64,000 bases of DNA, from assembly GCA_963674705.1 (NCBI GenBank), contig OY771506.1:5408001-5472000 (forward strand). The letters run 5' to 3'. Shown piece by piece: positions 29,461 to 39,500 of this stretch. Made by a program: the position numbers and the translations under genes. Source of the DNA: Phycisphaeraceae bacterium. Lineage in GTDB: Bacteria; Planctomycetota; Phycisphaerae; Phycisphaerales; Phycisphaeraceae. Positions within the stretch are counted from its first letter, which is position 1. Each line of letters begins with the position of its first letter. The notes below the pieces were generated by a model that made no database searches, was not told where the DNA came from, and saw only the letters and a program-made list of their open reading frames with translations.

Positions 29461-29603
29461 TGTATAGCCGCGACCATCGGTCGCGCTCTTCCTCCCACAG
29501 TCATCCGCAAGAACCCCAATTCGGTTACATTGTTAACGGATATGTTGCGCTAATCATCAGCGATGTTATACATTGGGGCGCGACCAATGGTCGCGGCTAT
29601 ACA
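29461..29603. repeat. REP family 1 REPIN
   Basis: TGTATAGCCGCGACCATCGGTCGCGC at 29461-29486 and an inverted copy at 29578-29603. Confidence 0.95.
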
Positions 29604-30391
29604 TGATCTCCCTCACCACCGACTTCGGCACTCAGGACACTTACGTCGCGCAGATGAAGGGCGTCATCGCAGGCATCGCGCCAAATGTGCAAGTGATCGA
29701 CGCGACACACGACCTGCTGCCGCAGGACCTCTTCGCCGGCGCGCTAGCGCTCGATACCCTTGTCGATGCTTTCCCGGATGGCACGATCCACGTCGCGGTC
29801 ATCGACCCCGGCGTCGGTTCGGACCGCGCGGCTGTCGCAGTCAAGACAGAATCGTTCATGCTCATCGGCCCTGACAACGGCCTGTTCACACTCGTGCTCG
29901 ATCGTTACCCGCCCACCGCGATCGTCCGCCTGACCAATCCCGACTACCACCGCATCCCTGTAAGCCAAACATTCCATGGCCGTGACATCTTCGCACCCGC
30001 TGCTGCACATCTCGCAAATGGCGTCAACTTTAAATCCCTTGGCGAACCCGCCACCACACTCGTCAACCTCAACATCCCGATTCCCGAAATAGCCGGCAAC
30101 AGCCTGACCGCTCGCATCCTCTACATCGACCGCTTCGGCAACCTCATCACCAACCTCCGACGCGAAGACTACGAAACCTGGCTATCACAAACCAACAAAA
30201 CCAACATCATCTCACGCATCAAAAAGCACAAACTCGGCCCGCTGCGCAGTACCTTCGCCGATGTCGAGCAAGGCGAGCCGCTCATCTACTTCGGCAGCTC
30301 AGATCGGCTCGAAGTCGCCATCCGTAACGGCTCCGCAGCAGCCGCCTTCAAAGTAAATACAGGTACACGCCTCTTCCTCGAAGCCAACTAA
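29603..30391 (+). CDS. SAM hydrolase / SAM-dependent halogenase family (DUF62)
   Basis: MISLTTDFG, VIDPGVGSDR, GPDNGL, TFHGRDIFAPAAA and IDRFGNLITN. Confidence 0.92.
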   Translation: MISLTTDFGTQDTYVAQMKGVIAGIAPNVQVIDATHDLLPQDLFAGALALDTLVDAFPDGTIHVAVIDPGVGSDRAAVAVKTESFMLIGPDNGLFTLVLDRYPPTAIVRLTNPDYHRIPVSQTFHGRDIFAPAAAHLANGVNFKSLGEPATTLVNLNIPIPEIAGNSLTARILYIDRFGNLITNLRREDYETWLSQTNKTNIISRIKKHKLGPLRSTFADVEQGEPLIYFGSSDRLEVAIRNGSAAAAFKVNTGTRLFLEAN

Positions 30392-30424
30392 GACACGCCC
30401 CCCTTTCCGGCTTAAACTATCCCC

Positions 30425-31309
30425 GTGAAGCTCAGCATCATCACACCCGCATTCAACGCGCAAGCAACCTTGCAACGAACACTCCAATCGCTGCGCGTTA
30501 TCAACGAATCACATCGCGCCTCATCCGTCCAGGCGATCCTCGTCGACGACGGCTCAACCGATCAGACTCACGCCATCGCCCAAAACCTCCTGCCCCAACT
30601 CGGCCTCGCTTCATACGAAATCATCCAACAACAAAACGCAGGCAGCGCCGCCTCGCGCAACCGTGCACTCGAAGCTGCCGCAGGCGATTGGGTTTACTTA
30701 CTCGATGCAGACGACGAACTAATCAGCGATCCGCTCCCCCTGCTGGAAAAACACAAAGACCGCTCGCTCATCGCCTGCTCGATCCGCTTTGTTAAAAACG
30801 ACAAACCCGCCTCACACAAACAACCCAGACTCATCAAGCCCGGCAAACATCTGCACGCGCTCTCTGCCGAGAATCCCTACTGCCCCGCATCGCTTCTGCT
30901 TAAACGTGACCGCATCGACATCATCTTCAAAACCCAATACAAGGGCCGTGAAGACTGGGCCTTCCTCATGGATAACCCGCGCCTCTTTGAGTCCATGACC
31001 GTCGCGCCGAAAAACTTCGAACTCGCGCACGTCCATATCCACGGCCAGAACAAATCCTCCCGCTACGAATGGCAGGGCCAGTACCGCGCTCAGATCGCGC
31101 GCGACATGCTCGACAAACTCGATGCATCCACCCCTGCCATCATCAAAAACAACTTCCGCATCCAGGAAGCAATCGGCCTGATCCAGCAACGCAAACCCGC
31201 CGGTTTATCCAAGCGCGTTCGACTGCCCGCCAATCCCACGCTCCTGCTCAAGCTCATCATCTGGAAACTATCCGCCGGCAACATCGGCTGGATCGATCAC
31301 TACGGCTAA
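30425..31309 (+). CDS. Glycosyltransferase family 2
   Basis: LSIITPAFN, VDDGSTD, SRN, LDADD and EDW. Confidence 0.88.
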   Translation: MKLSIITPAFNAQATLQRTLQSLRVINESHRASSVQAILVDDGSTDQTHAIAQNLLPQLGLASYEIIQQQNAGSAASRNRALEAAAGDWVYLLDADDELISDPLPLLEKHKDRSLIACSIRFVKNDKPASHKQPRLIKPGKHLHALSAENPYCPASLLLKRDRIDIIFKTQYKGREDWAFLMDNPRLFESMTVAPKNFELAHVHIHGQNKSSRYEWQGQYRAQIARDMLDKLDASTPAIIKNNFRIQEAIGLIQQRKPAGLSKRVRLPANPTLLLKLIIWKLSAGNIGWIDHYG

Positions 31310-32658
31310 ACCGCCCCATCCTCGCGCGGTGCAGGCAGCGGCTGCGCTCCTTTCACCATCCGCAATAAATACACCCCGTTAATCGGCAACCCGATCAACG
31401 CAATCACAAACGAAAGTGCAATCGGCACCCCCGCCGCGTCGTATTCACCACACAACCACACCGCCAGCGGGATCGCTACCCCGATCATCAACGCGCCGCT
31501 GACCACCTGCACACCTAATTGCCCTGTCCCCTTCAATGGATTCGTCACCCATAGCAGCAGGCCGTACAACCCGATGAATACCACCATCCATATTTTCAGT
31601 AGCGCAGTCGGCAGCGCCACCTCTCCCAGCCATAGTGCGATGAACCAATCCCCGATCGCGAATATCCCCGCCGCCGTCACCACCCATACCAGCACTGTCT
31701 TGAATAAAGACCACCGCAGCGCCCTTCCGAACCACGCCCGGTCGTCATGCGCCGCCGCATCACCAAACGCAGGCCAGTACGCAAAACCGAACGCTAAAAA
31801 CACCGCAAGCGCCAATCCAATCAGCCTGAACATCGCCGAGTAAGGTGTCACCGCCTCCGCGCCCAGACACCGCGCGATGATCACCGCTCCGCTCTGCAAT
31901 AATCCCATCGCCAGCAACTGCATCGCAAAGAACCGCACGCCAACGCTCAATAATCCCGCCGCTTCCTTACGGTCCCACTTCCCAAGCGTTAACGCATCCC
32001 GTCCGTGCAACAACGACCACCACTGCATCAATCCCGCAACGATCGGCGGACTGAACGCCAGCACCGTAATCACCACCAGCGACAAACCCAGATACACCCC
32101 CACCGCGATCATCACCGCCGCCAGCACATGCGCCACGGTCAGCGCAACATAAGATGCAAACCCACGCTGGCAGCCAAGCAGCCCCATCGCCCCCAATGAA
32201 AACGGCAAGCCCACAAACGCCATCACCAGCATCACCAGCGATACCCCCTGCGCCTCCGTCTCAGCCTGCACACTCTCCACATTCAAGAACGTCGCCCAAG
32301 GCACAAGCCAACCCAACGCAATCGTGACCAGCGCCAACCCCGTCGAGATCAGACTTACCAGCACCAGCGCCGTCGTCAGCGCCCGCCTCGCTGCCTCTTT
32401 ATCCGTCGATGCGATCCCACCCAACCGCGTCAGTAGTGCGCTTTGCACCCCCAGATGCGAAGTTAGCGCCCACGCCCCGATCGACCACGCCGTCGTCCAC
32501 ATCCCGAACCGTTCGCTGCCGATATAACGCAACAGCAACCCAAGGATCACGAACTGCGATAGCGCGTATATACCCTGAAACACCACCCCCGCCGCCGTGG
32601 CATGCATCACGCCCCGTGCTCGCGAAGCGGTCGGATTCTCCTGCGCAGTTTGCGTCAA
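31306..32658 (-). CDS. Polysaccharide flippase (Wzx/MOP superfamily)
   Basis: About 12 TM segments and LLRYIGSERFGMW; lies in a glycosyltransferase cluster. Confidence 0.8.
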   Translation of the reverse strand: MTQTAQENPTASRARGVMHATAAGVVFQGIYALSQFVILGLLLRYIGSERFGMWTTAWSIGAWALTSHLGVQSALLTRLGGIASTDKEAARRALTTALVLVSLISTGLALVTIALGWLVPWATFLNVESVQAETEAQGVSLVMLVMAFVGLPFSLGAMGLLGCQRGFASYVALTVAHVLAAVMIAVGVYLGLSLVVITVLAFSPPIVAGLMQWWSLLHGRDALTLGKWDRKEAAGLLSVGVRFFAMQLLAMGLLQSGAVIIARCLGAEAVTPYSAMFRLIGLALAVFLAFGFAYWPAFGDAAAHDDRAWFGRALRWSLFKTVLVWVVTAAGIFAIGDWFIALWLGEVALPTALLKIWMVVFIGLYGLLLWVTNPLKGTGQLGVQVVSGALMIGVAIPLAVWLCGEYDAAGVPIALSFVIALIGLPINGVYLLRMVKGAQPLPAPREDGAV

Positions 32659-32701
32659 GCGGTCACATCTCGCGTTCGTTGATTAACTTGCCTGTCCACA
32701 T

Positions 32702-33769
32702 TCACCAGAATATCACCCACTTCACACACCACCAATAAGCGCCCAATACCGGGTTCGCCACATACTTCAATACCGCTCCGCCCAGCGACGGATGTTCGAT
32801 CATACCTATCATTTGTTTTGCAAATTCGCGATCCTTGATCTTCCGCTTCTGCTGCGCGATCCGTCTGCGCGCCAGCACGCGCTGACGACACGCGGGATTG
32901 AAAAAATACTTCCACGCCCGCCACTTATCGGTGAATTTGCCTATCAGAAATGAATACAACACCTGCCCCGCTTCCATCAGCAATATCGCCGGCAGAATCA
33001 GCACAAGCGTCTTCCACTTGTAATACACCAACAATAGCCACCAGCGGTTGCGCTCAAGAAAATAGTAATGCCGCTGTATCGCCCCGCTCGCATCAAACTT
33101 ATGCGACACACGGCTGCTCGGCACAAGCTCGTGCTTCAATCCCTGCTGACTCAACTTCCAACCAAGGTCTGTATCCTCGCAATACAAAAACATCTCCGGC
33201 TCAAACAGTCCGTGCTCAGACAATAAACTTGCCCGCACCATCATCGCCGCGCCCGAGCTGTACCCGATCCGCCAGGGTTTCTTCTCATAAGGAATCGGCT
33301 GCCCGCACAGACTCACCAACCCAAACCCAAGATAGTGCGACCGATTCCCCGCCGTGTTCACCAGCCCCGGCTCGTCATACAACGTGATCATCGGCTGACA
33401 CGTCCCCGTACCCGGCTCAGCCTCCAGCCTCTCGATCAACGGATCGAGCCAACCCCGATCCGGGTCCGTGTCCGGATTCAATAACGCCACGTACCGCACG
33501 CGCGGATAACGTTCGCGAATAAAATCCCAACCCACATTATTCCCCCCCGCAAACCCCAAATTCTCGCCCGGCTCAATCACATCCACTTCAGGAAACATCT
33601 CGCGAACATATTCAGCCGACCCATCCTCCGACCCGCAGTCCACCACCACCACACGCACGCGCACCGATTTATCCGCCCAGCGGTCCTTGTCCGCCAGGCA
33701 CTCAGCCAGATCATCCCGGCTGTTATACGCCACAATGATCACCGCGACTTCGATCGATTCATCCGTCAA
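32702..33769 (-). CDS. Glycosyltransferase family 2 (WbbL-like)
   Basis: IIVAYNS, VDCGSEDGS, NLGFAGGNN, LLNPD and FLYCEDTDL. Confidence 0.9.
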   Translation of the reverse strand: MTDESIEVAVIIVAYNSRDDLAECLADKDRWADKSVRVRVVVVDCGSEDGSAEYVREMFPEVDVIEPGENLGFAGGNNVGWDFIRERYPRVRYVALLNPDTDPDRGWLDPLIERLEAEPGTGTCQPMITLYDEPGLVNTAGNRSHYLGFGLVSLCGQPIPYEKKPWRIGYSSGAAMMVRASLLSEHGLFEPEMFLYCEDTDLGWKLSQQGLKHELVPSSRVSHKFDASGAIQRHYYFLERNRWWLLLVYYKWKTLVLILPAILLMEAGQVLYSFLIGKFTDKWRAWKYFFNPACRQRVLARRRIAQQKRKIKDREFAKQMIGMIEHPSLGGAVLKYVANPVLGAYWWCVKWVIFW

Positions 33770-33815
33770 TCAAACCTCACTCGTTACTCACACGACACCA
33801 GATGCCACCGGTTGG

Positions 33816-33897
33816 GGGTGCCACACTTTGACTCCGAAGGAGCAAAGTGTGTAAGTACCAGCACACTTTGCCGCTGCGCGGTCAAAGTGCTGCACCC
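33816..33897. repeat. REP family 3 inverted doublet
   Basis: GGGTGCCACACTTTGA-CTCCGAAGGAG-CAAAGTGTG at 33816-33851 and an inverted copy at 33862-33897. Confidence 0.9.
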
Positions 33898-33903
33898 ATC
33901 TCA

Positions 33904-34269
33904 TTATGCATCCTCCGCATCATCATCAGGCATCGCATCAAGCCCCTGCTTATGCATCAATACCCCCACGTGCTGCGCCAGCGTGGTGATACGCCTCTCC
34001 TGAACACTTACGATCGAAAGCAACTTGAAGATCATCAGCATGAAAAACATCGTCACGCCGATCAGCGCAAGCGTTCGGTAGTCGATGTCCAGCAGGTTCG
34101 CGATGTACCCCAGCGCATCCCGCCAAAGCGCAAGCACCAGGAAAGGCAAACCCGTCAACGCAAAGATCAACACGTACCGTTCCTTGAGCCTCCCGGCGCG
34201 CAGACTCCGCACCGCAAGCAAAAGAATCGTTGCGCCGATCACAAGCACGATGATGTTCCGCAGGATCAT
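33904..34269 (-). CDS. DUF2304-like membrane protein
   Basis: Three TMs, RLKERY and RITTLAQHV; typically found downstream of a DPM1-like GT2. Confidence 0.8.
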   Translation of the reverse strand: MILRNIIVLVIGATILLLAVRSLRAGRLKERYVLIFALTGLPFLVLALWRDALGYIANLLDIDYRTLALIGVTMFFMLMIFKLLSIVSVQERRITTLAQHVGVLMHKQGLDAMPDDDAEDA

Positions 34270-34271
34270 CC

Positions 34272-35021
34272 CTACCTCGCTTTCTGCGGCCAGGGCCGAC
34301 GTACCGTGTCCAGCACCAGGGCCGTACTCACCTTCAGGATATAGAAAACGCCTTTCAAAAACGGGATACTCGTCCGCCCCGCCATCCTCTCACGCATCAC
34401 GACCGGCGTCTCCGCCACCCGGTACCCCGCACGCTGCAAAAGCAAAATCACCTCGGGCTCAGGATAATCTTCAGGATACCAATGCGCAAACGCTTCGATC
34501 ACCTGTCGATTACACACGCGAAACCCGCTCGTGCAGTCCGTGATGGTTTGTCCCGTTAAAAGCCGCAATACCGTCCGCACCACGCCGATCCCCGCCGCCC
34601 GCGCCGCAGGTGGCCGATAGTTTTCTTCATCATTCAAAAACCGCGACCCGATCACCATGTCCGCCCCGCTCTGCTCGATCGCCGTCAGCAGCTTATGCGC
34701 CTCGCCCGCCGGGTGCTGCCCGTCCCCATCGACCTGCATCGCCAGGTCATACCCATACACAAACGCATACTTGTACCCCGCCTGCATCGCCCCCCCGATC
34801 CCCAGGTTAAAGGGCAGTCGCAAGACTCTTGCACCCTCCGGCACTGCCTCATGCGTCCCGTCCGTCGAACCGTCATCAACAACCAACACATCCGCCTGCG
34901 GCAAATCCCGACGCAGTTCTTCTACCACCTGCCCCACGCTCCCCGCCTCATTAAACGCAGGCACAATCACCAGGCACCTGCCCGATCCCTGCCTCGCCGG
35001 ATTGTCCCGTGTTTCCTGCAT
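34272..35021 (-). CDS. DPM1-like glycosyltransferase family 2
   Basis: VPAFNE, VDDGSTD, NLGIGGA, VDGDGQH and DCTSGFR. Confidence 0.92.
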   Translation of the reverse strand: MQETRDNPARQGSGRCLVIVPAFNEAGSVGQVVEELRRDLPQADVLVVDDGSTDGTHEAVPEGARVLRLPFNLGIGGAMQAGYKYAFVYGYDLAMQVDGDGQHPAGEAHKLLTAIEQSGADMVIGSRFLNDEENYRPPAARAAGIGVVRTVLRLLTGQTITDCTSGFRVCNRQVIEAFAHWYPEDYPEPEVILLLQRAGYRVAETPVVMRERMAGRTSIPFLKGVFYILKVSTALVLDTVRRPWPQKAR

Positions 35022-35049
35022 AGCCAGACACTGTAAACCAAAAACAAAA

Positions 35050-35073
35050 CCCAGGGCTCCCGCCCTGGGCTAT
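35050..35073 (-). repeat. Solo REP-like hairpin (TAGCCCAGGGCGGGAGCCCTGGG)
   Basis: CCCAGGGC/GCCCTGGG stem with a TAG foot, next to the family-1 REPIN. Confidence 0.6.
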
Positions 35074-35106
35074 ATGGTAATCGTTTAGGTTTCCGTCGGC
35101 CGCCCC

Positions 35107-35207
35107 TGTAAAGCCGCGACCATCGGTCGCGCCCCATATGCAATAAATCAATACGCTCCATAAACAACCGACGTCACTGTGGCGCGACCAATGGTCGCGG
35201 CTTTACA
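35107..35207. repeat. REP family 1 REPIN (TGTAAAG variant)
   Basis: TGTAAAGCCGCGACCATCGGTCGCGC at 35107-35132 and an inverted copy at 35182-35207; both arms carry the same T>A variant. Confidence 0.93.
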
Positions 35208-35212
35208 TGCCA

Positions 35213-36508
35213 TCAGTGCGGCATCGGGTACTTCTTGCAGAAGCCCTTCACCTCATCGCATATCTTCGCAAGCACTGCTTCGTCGCCGTTGCTGCCAAGC
35301 ACGCGGTCGATCATGTCTGCGACAGTGTTCATGTCCGCTTCCTTCAGGCCGCGCGTCGTCAGGGCGGGCGTGCCCAATCGCACACCGCTTGTCTGGAACG
35401 GCGAACGCTCATCCTGCGGGACCGTGCTCTTGCTCGTGATGATCCCCGCCTGCTCCAGCCACAGCGCCGCGATCTTCCCGCTCATGTCCGGGTGCGTCTT
35501 GCGGAAGTCCACCACCATCAGGTGATTGTCCGTGCCGTTGGCGGTCAGCTTGTAACCCTTATCCATCAGCGCCTTGGCGAGCGCCGCCGCGTTCTTCACG
35601 ACCTGCTGACTGTACGTCTTGAATTCAGGCTTAAGCGCCTCGCCGAACGCGACCGCCTTCGCCGCGATCACGTGCATCAAGGGACCACCCTGGATGCCCG
35701 GGAACACCGCGCGGTCGATCTTCTTGGCGATCTCTTCATCATTGGTCATCACCAGACCACCACGCGGACCACGCAGCGTCTTGTGCGTCGTCGTCGTCAC
35801 TACGTGGCAATGCGGGAACGGCGAAGGATGCACGCCCGTCGCAACCAGCCCCGCGATGTGGGCGATGTCCGCCATCAGTAACGCGCCGCATTCATCCGCC
35901 ACCGCGCGAAACTTCGCGAAGTCGATGATCCGTGAATACGCCGAGTAGCCCGCGATGATCAACTTCGGTTTATGCTTCAAACAAACTTCACGGACGTTGT
36001 CGTAATCGATATGCCCGTACTTCGGATCGTTCTGATCCTCAACCAGTGAGTAGTGCTCAGGCTTGAACCACTTGCCCGAGATATTCACCGGCGAGCCATG
36101 CGTCAGGTGTCCCCCCTCGCTGAGCACGATGCTGCTGAACGTGTCGCCCGGCTCAAGCAGCGCGACGAATACCGACATGTTCGCGTTCGCCCCCGAGTGC
36201 GGCTGAACGTTCGCGTACTTGCAGCCGAACAGCTTCGTCACTCGATCGATCGCGACGGTTTCCACATCGTCATAAAACTTGCAACCCGAGTAGTACCGCT
36301 TGCCGGGATAACCCTCACAGTACTTGTTGGTCATGCAGGAACCCATCGCGGCCATCACGGCCAGGCTCGTGTGGTTCTCGCTGGCGATCAGCTCGAGCTG
36401 CTCGTCCTGGCGCTGCTGCTCCAGGCGGATAATCTCGGCAACCTGCGGGTCGGTCTTGGCGATCACTTGGTCGGGGGCATACGTCACGGAATCGGTCTGG
36501 GCGGTCAT
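35213..36508 (-). CDS. glyA: Serine hydroxymethyltransferase
   Basis: [28 protein letters not shown] and [14 protein letters not shown]. Confidence 0.98.
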   Translation of the reverse strand: MTAQTDSVTYAPDQVIAKTDPQVAEIIRLEQQRQDEQLELIASENHTSLAVMAAMGSCMTNKYCEGYPGKRYYSGCKFYDDVETVAIDRVTKLFGCKYANVQPHSGANANMSVFVALLEPGDTFSSIVLSEGGHLTHGSPVNISGKWFKPEHYSLVEDQNDPKYGHIDYDNVREVCLKHKPKLIIAGYSAYSRIIDFAKFRAVADECGALLMADIAHIAGLVATGVHPSPFPHCHVVTTTTHKTLRGPRGGLVMTNDEEIAKKIDRAVFPGIQGGPLMHVIAAKAVAFGEALKPEFKTYSQQVVKNAAALAKALMDKGYKLTANGTDNHLMVVDFRKTHPDMSGKIAALWLEQAGIITSKSTVPQDERSPFQTSGVRLGTPALTTRGLKEADMNTVADMIDRVLGSNGDEAVLAKICDEVKGFCKKYPMPH

Positions 36509-36563
36509 CTAGGAAGCTCCTGGTTAGGGTTAAGAGGCATCCTAGCCGGTGCGTGTCAGCGGT

Positions 36564-39500
36564 TCAATTGCCGCCGCTTTTGCCCGTCAGAACCAGCGTC
36601 CGCCCGCCCACGCCAAGCAGCAGCGAATCATTGATCAGCACGCTGTTGGCCGGGTTGATCGGCATCTCGATCTGCTTCAGATCCGCTTCATAAACAAGCG
36701 AACCCGTCCCGCGATCCAGCACGTACAGCCGATACCCCGAATTCTCCGACCATTCCGCGGCCCGCTGCGCCACCCGAATAAGCGCTTCTTCAAGCTCCGG
36801 CCGACCCTCCACGCGGATCTGCTGCACATTCGGGATCTGCACCGGCCTGACCCCGCCGAGGATGCAAAGATAATCCTCGCTGACGTACTGCTTCTGGATC
36901 GTCCCGACCGGGGCGCAGATCGCATCCGCCCAGAGCAGCTTGCCCTGTGCATCGAGTGCAGCGGCACGCATGGGTGTTGCGGTGTACCACGGGCCGTCCG
37001 CTTCGATCGTATCGAACATCATCGGCCGACCGTTGGTCGTGCGGATCGGTAGTTGATTCACTTCATGACCGGTTTCCGTATCAATCACCAGGCTCGAACC
37101 GACTTGTCCGCGCTGATCGGACAGCATCAGAAGCTTGCCGCCGAGTTTGTATTGCTGGTAGTTGGAACGTAGCTGTAATTCGCTGTGCCATTCGGTTCGG
37201 CCGCTGGTCGGTTCATATGCACTGAGGCTCGCGGGCATCGCGCTGATCAATAAACCGCTGTCCGTAAAGCCTATCCAGGAAGGGACTTTCTCCGTCTGGA
37301 TCACGGTTTCCAACGGCTCGCCGGTCAGGGTATCCAGCAGCGAGATGATGCCGTGCTGGGCCGCGGTGTCCGCCCAGCTTGCCCCGGCAAGTGCCACTAG
37401 ATCATTACCCAGCGCGATCGATGTCAGGTTGTCAGCTTGCCCGAGCATCTGCCAACGCACCCGCCCGCTAGCCCGATCAACACACACGGCGCGGCCCAAG
37501 CTGTCTGCAAGCAATACCGACGTCAGGTCCACAGTCATGTACAGGCCGGACTCGGGCTCATTGTCGGCAAGCCTTGGACTCCTAACAACTGCACCACCAA
37601 GTATTTGCACGAACTGTTTCTGCTGGGCGGTTCGGCGCTGCTCCTGAAGCTGCGGATCGCCCGCGTTTTCCAAGGCGCTTGCGCAGTCGATCGTATCCCA
37701 CAGCGAAGCGCCGGTTCGGCTGTCGATCGCGCCGAGCTGCTTAGTCTGCGTCGACCACCAGATCACCTGCCGGCTGTCCATGACAAGCACCTGCAAATCA
37801 CGTACGGGTACCGGCTTTCGCCAGAGTTCCTCCAGCCCGCCTGCGGCAAGCAGCCATATCTCCTGGCCATCGGTCATCAGGACATGGTCTAAATCAACGA
37901 TAGCATCCTTGACCTGCTGCTCAACCGGGATCGGCCGACCGTCGATCCAACGCGGTTCACCGCTGGGTAGATCGAAGCGTGGCAAGCGCTGCGCCATCGA
38001 AAGGATCAGATCGAGTTCGCTTAACCAAGATTGGATATGCACTTGCTGATCATCACGCATCAGCAGCATGTCCGGGTGCTGACGCTTTACGCGCTTCAGC
38101 CAACGTTTTGCAAGCTCCGGCCGCTCGTTGTCCATGTATAGCGAGACGATCCGCGAAGAGACCGTAGCAAGCTGGGCGTCATCAATGCTATCCAGATACA
38201 GCACCTGCAGTTGTCGAAGCGCCGCGTTGATGTCGTGCGCTTCAAGGCTAAGGTCGGCCGCCATCTGACGAGCCTCGTTGACGGAACTCGCGAGCGGGTA
38301 GCGATCTGCTAAGGCGACGTATCGCTTCGGGTCCGACTCCATCGTGTTGATCAGTTCGCTTAACTCATGCTCAGCCAAGAGGTCATATTCCTGATAGATC
38401 TCGCGGCCGTGCTCCTGTACAAGAGAGCTGATCCGGCGTTTGGCTTCGAGGCCGGCTTGTCGGGCGCTTTGGCCGACGTTGTACAGTTCCATGGCAAGCG
38501 ACTGGTCGGCCAGGATCGCCTGGTAGTGTTCGATGGCCCGTGTGGGATCGCCGGTCTCGACGAAGTATCCGCCGCGCAGAAGCTGGTAAGTCGCTTCCTG
38601 GAAAGGGTTCGCGGTCGTAGCGGCCATGCGGTCGAGCAGATCGCCACGCAGCTTGACGTTCGCACCGCTCAGCGGATTGACGATGTCGCGCAACTGATTG
38701 AACACCTTCAGCTGGGCCGGGTCTTCTTGATCGGGCGCGGGTGCCGCTTCGCCGACAGCAGCAAGTGCAAGATCAACCCCTTCAAGTACTTGTGCATCCC
38801 GATCGGTACGCAGCGCCAGCCGCGCCATCGCCATCCCCGGCCTGGGATCGGCCGGATCGAGTTCGGCGAGTTTCTTGAGTTGATCGTACGCCACGGCCCA
38901 GTCGGTGTAAGCCTGAATGTCCGCCATCGATGCGATAACCAACTGCCCTGAAGCCAGCGCGATGTTACCCGGAGCCGGGATGGGAACATCGTTAACCACT
39001 GAGCCGTTCGATAGATCCAGCGCCATCAATCGGTGGTCAGTGCAGAAGATGACCATGCCTTTGGGCTGCGGCTGGTCATCCGATTGCCAGAGGACGATGG
39101 CGGGTTTACCGCGCACTTCCCCCTCGAGCCTGGCATCAAGCGGCTTGTGCCAGAGGTGTTCAAGCGTTTGCCCATCAAAGCAACTGACTGATTTACCAAC
39201 AGTTATCACATGATCGCCGGCGACGTAACAGGCTTGTGCATCTTTCCAGTCCGCGTGATCCAGTTGACGCAGGACCTCGCCTGTCTGGGCATTGAGGAGC
39301 CAGTATGGATCGTCGGCATTAGCCGATGGCACGAGCAGGCCTGCATCCACGAGGACCGGGCTGGGGATATCCTTGCTGGGTCCATAGGCTCGACGGATCA
39401 TCGGCTTGTCATCGGTGTCGAAAGGCAGGATCGTGACCCAATGCACGGTGCCGGTTCTGCTGTCTAGCGCGACCACCGTCCCCCGGTTATCCGTTGCATA

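Noticed and set aside
29603..30391. Calling the DUF62 protein a true fluorinase/chlorinase
   Set aside because: It has the GVGSDR/TFHGRD pattern typical of SAM hydroxide adenosyltransferases and no halometabolite gene context.
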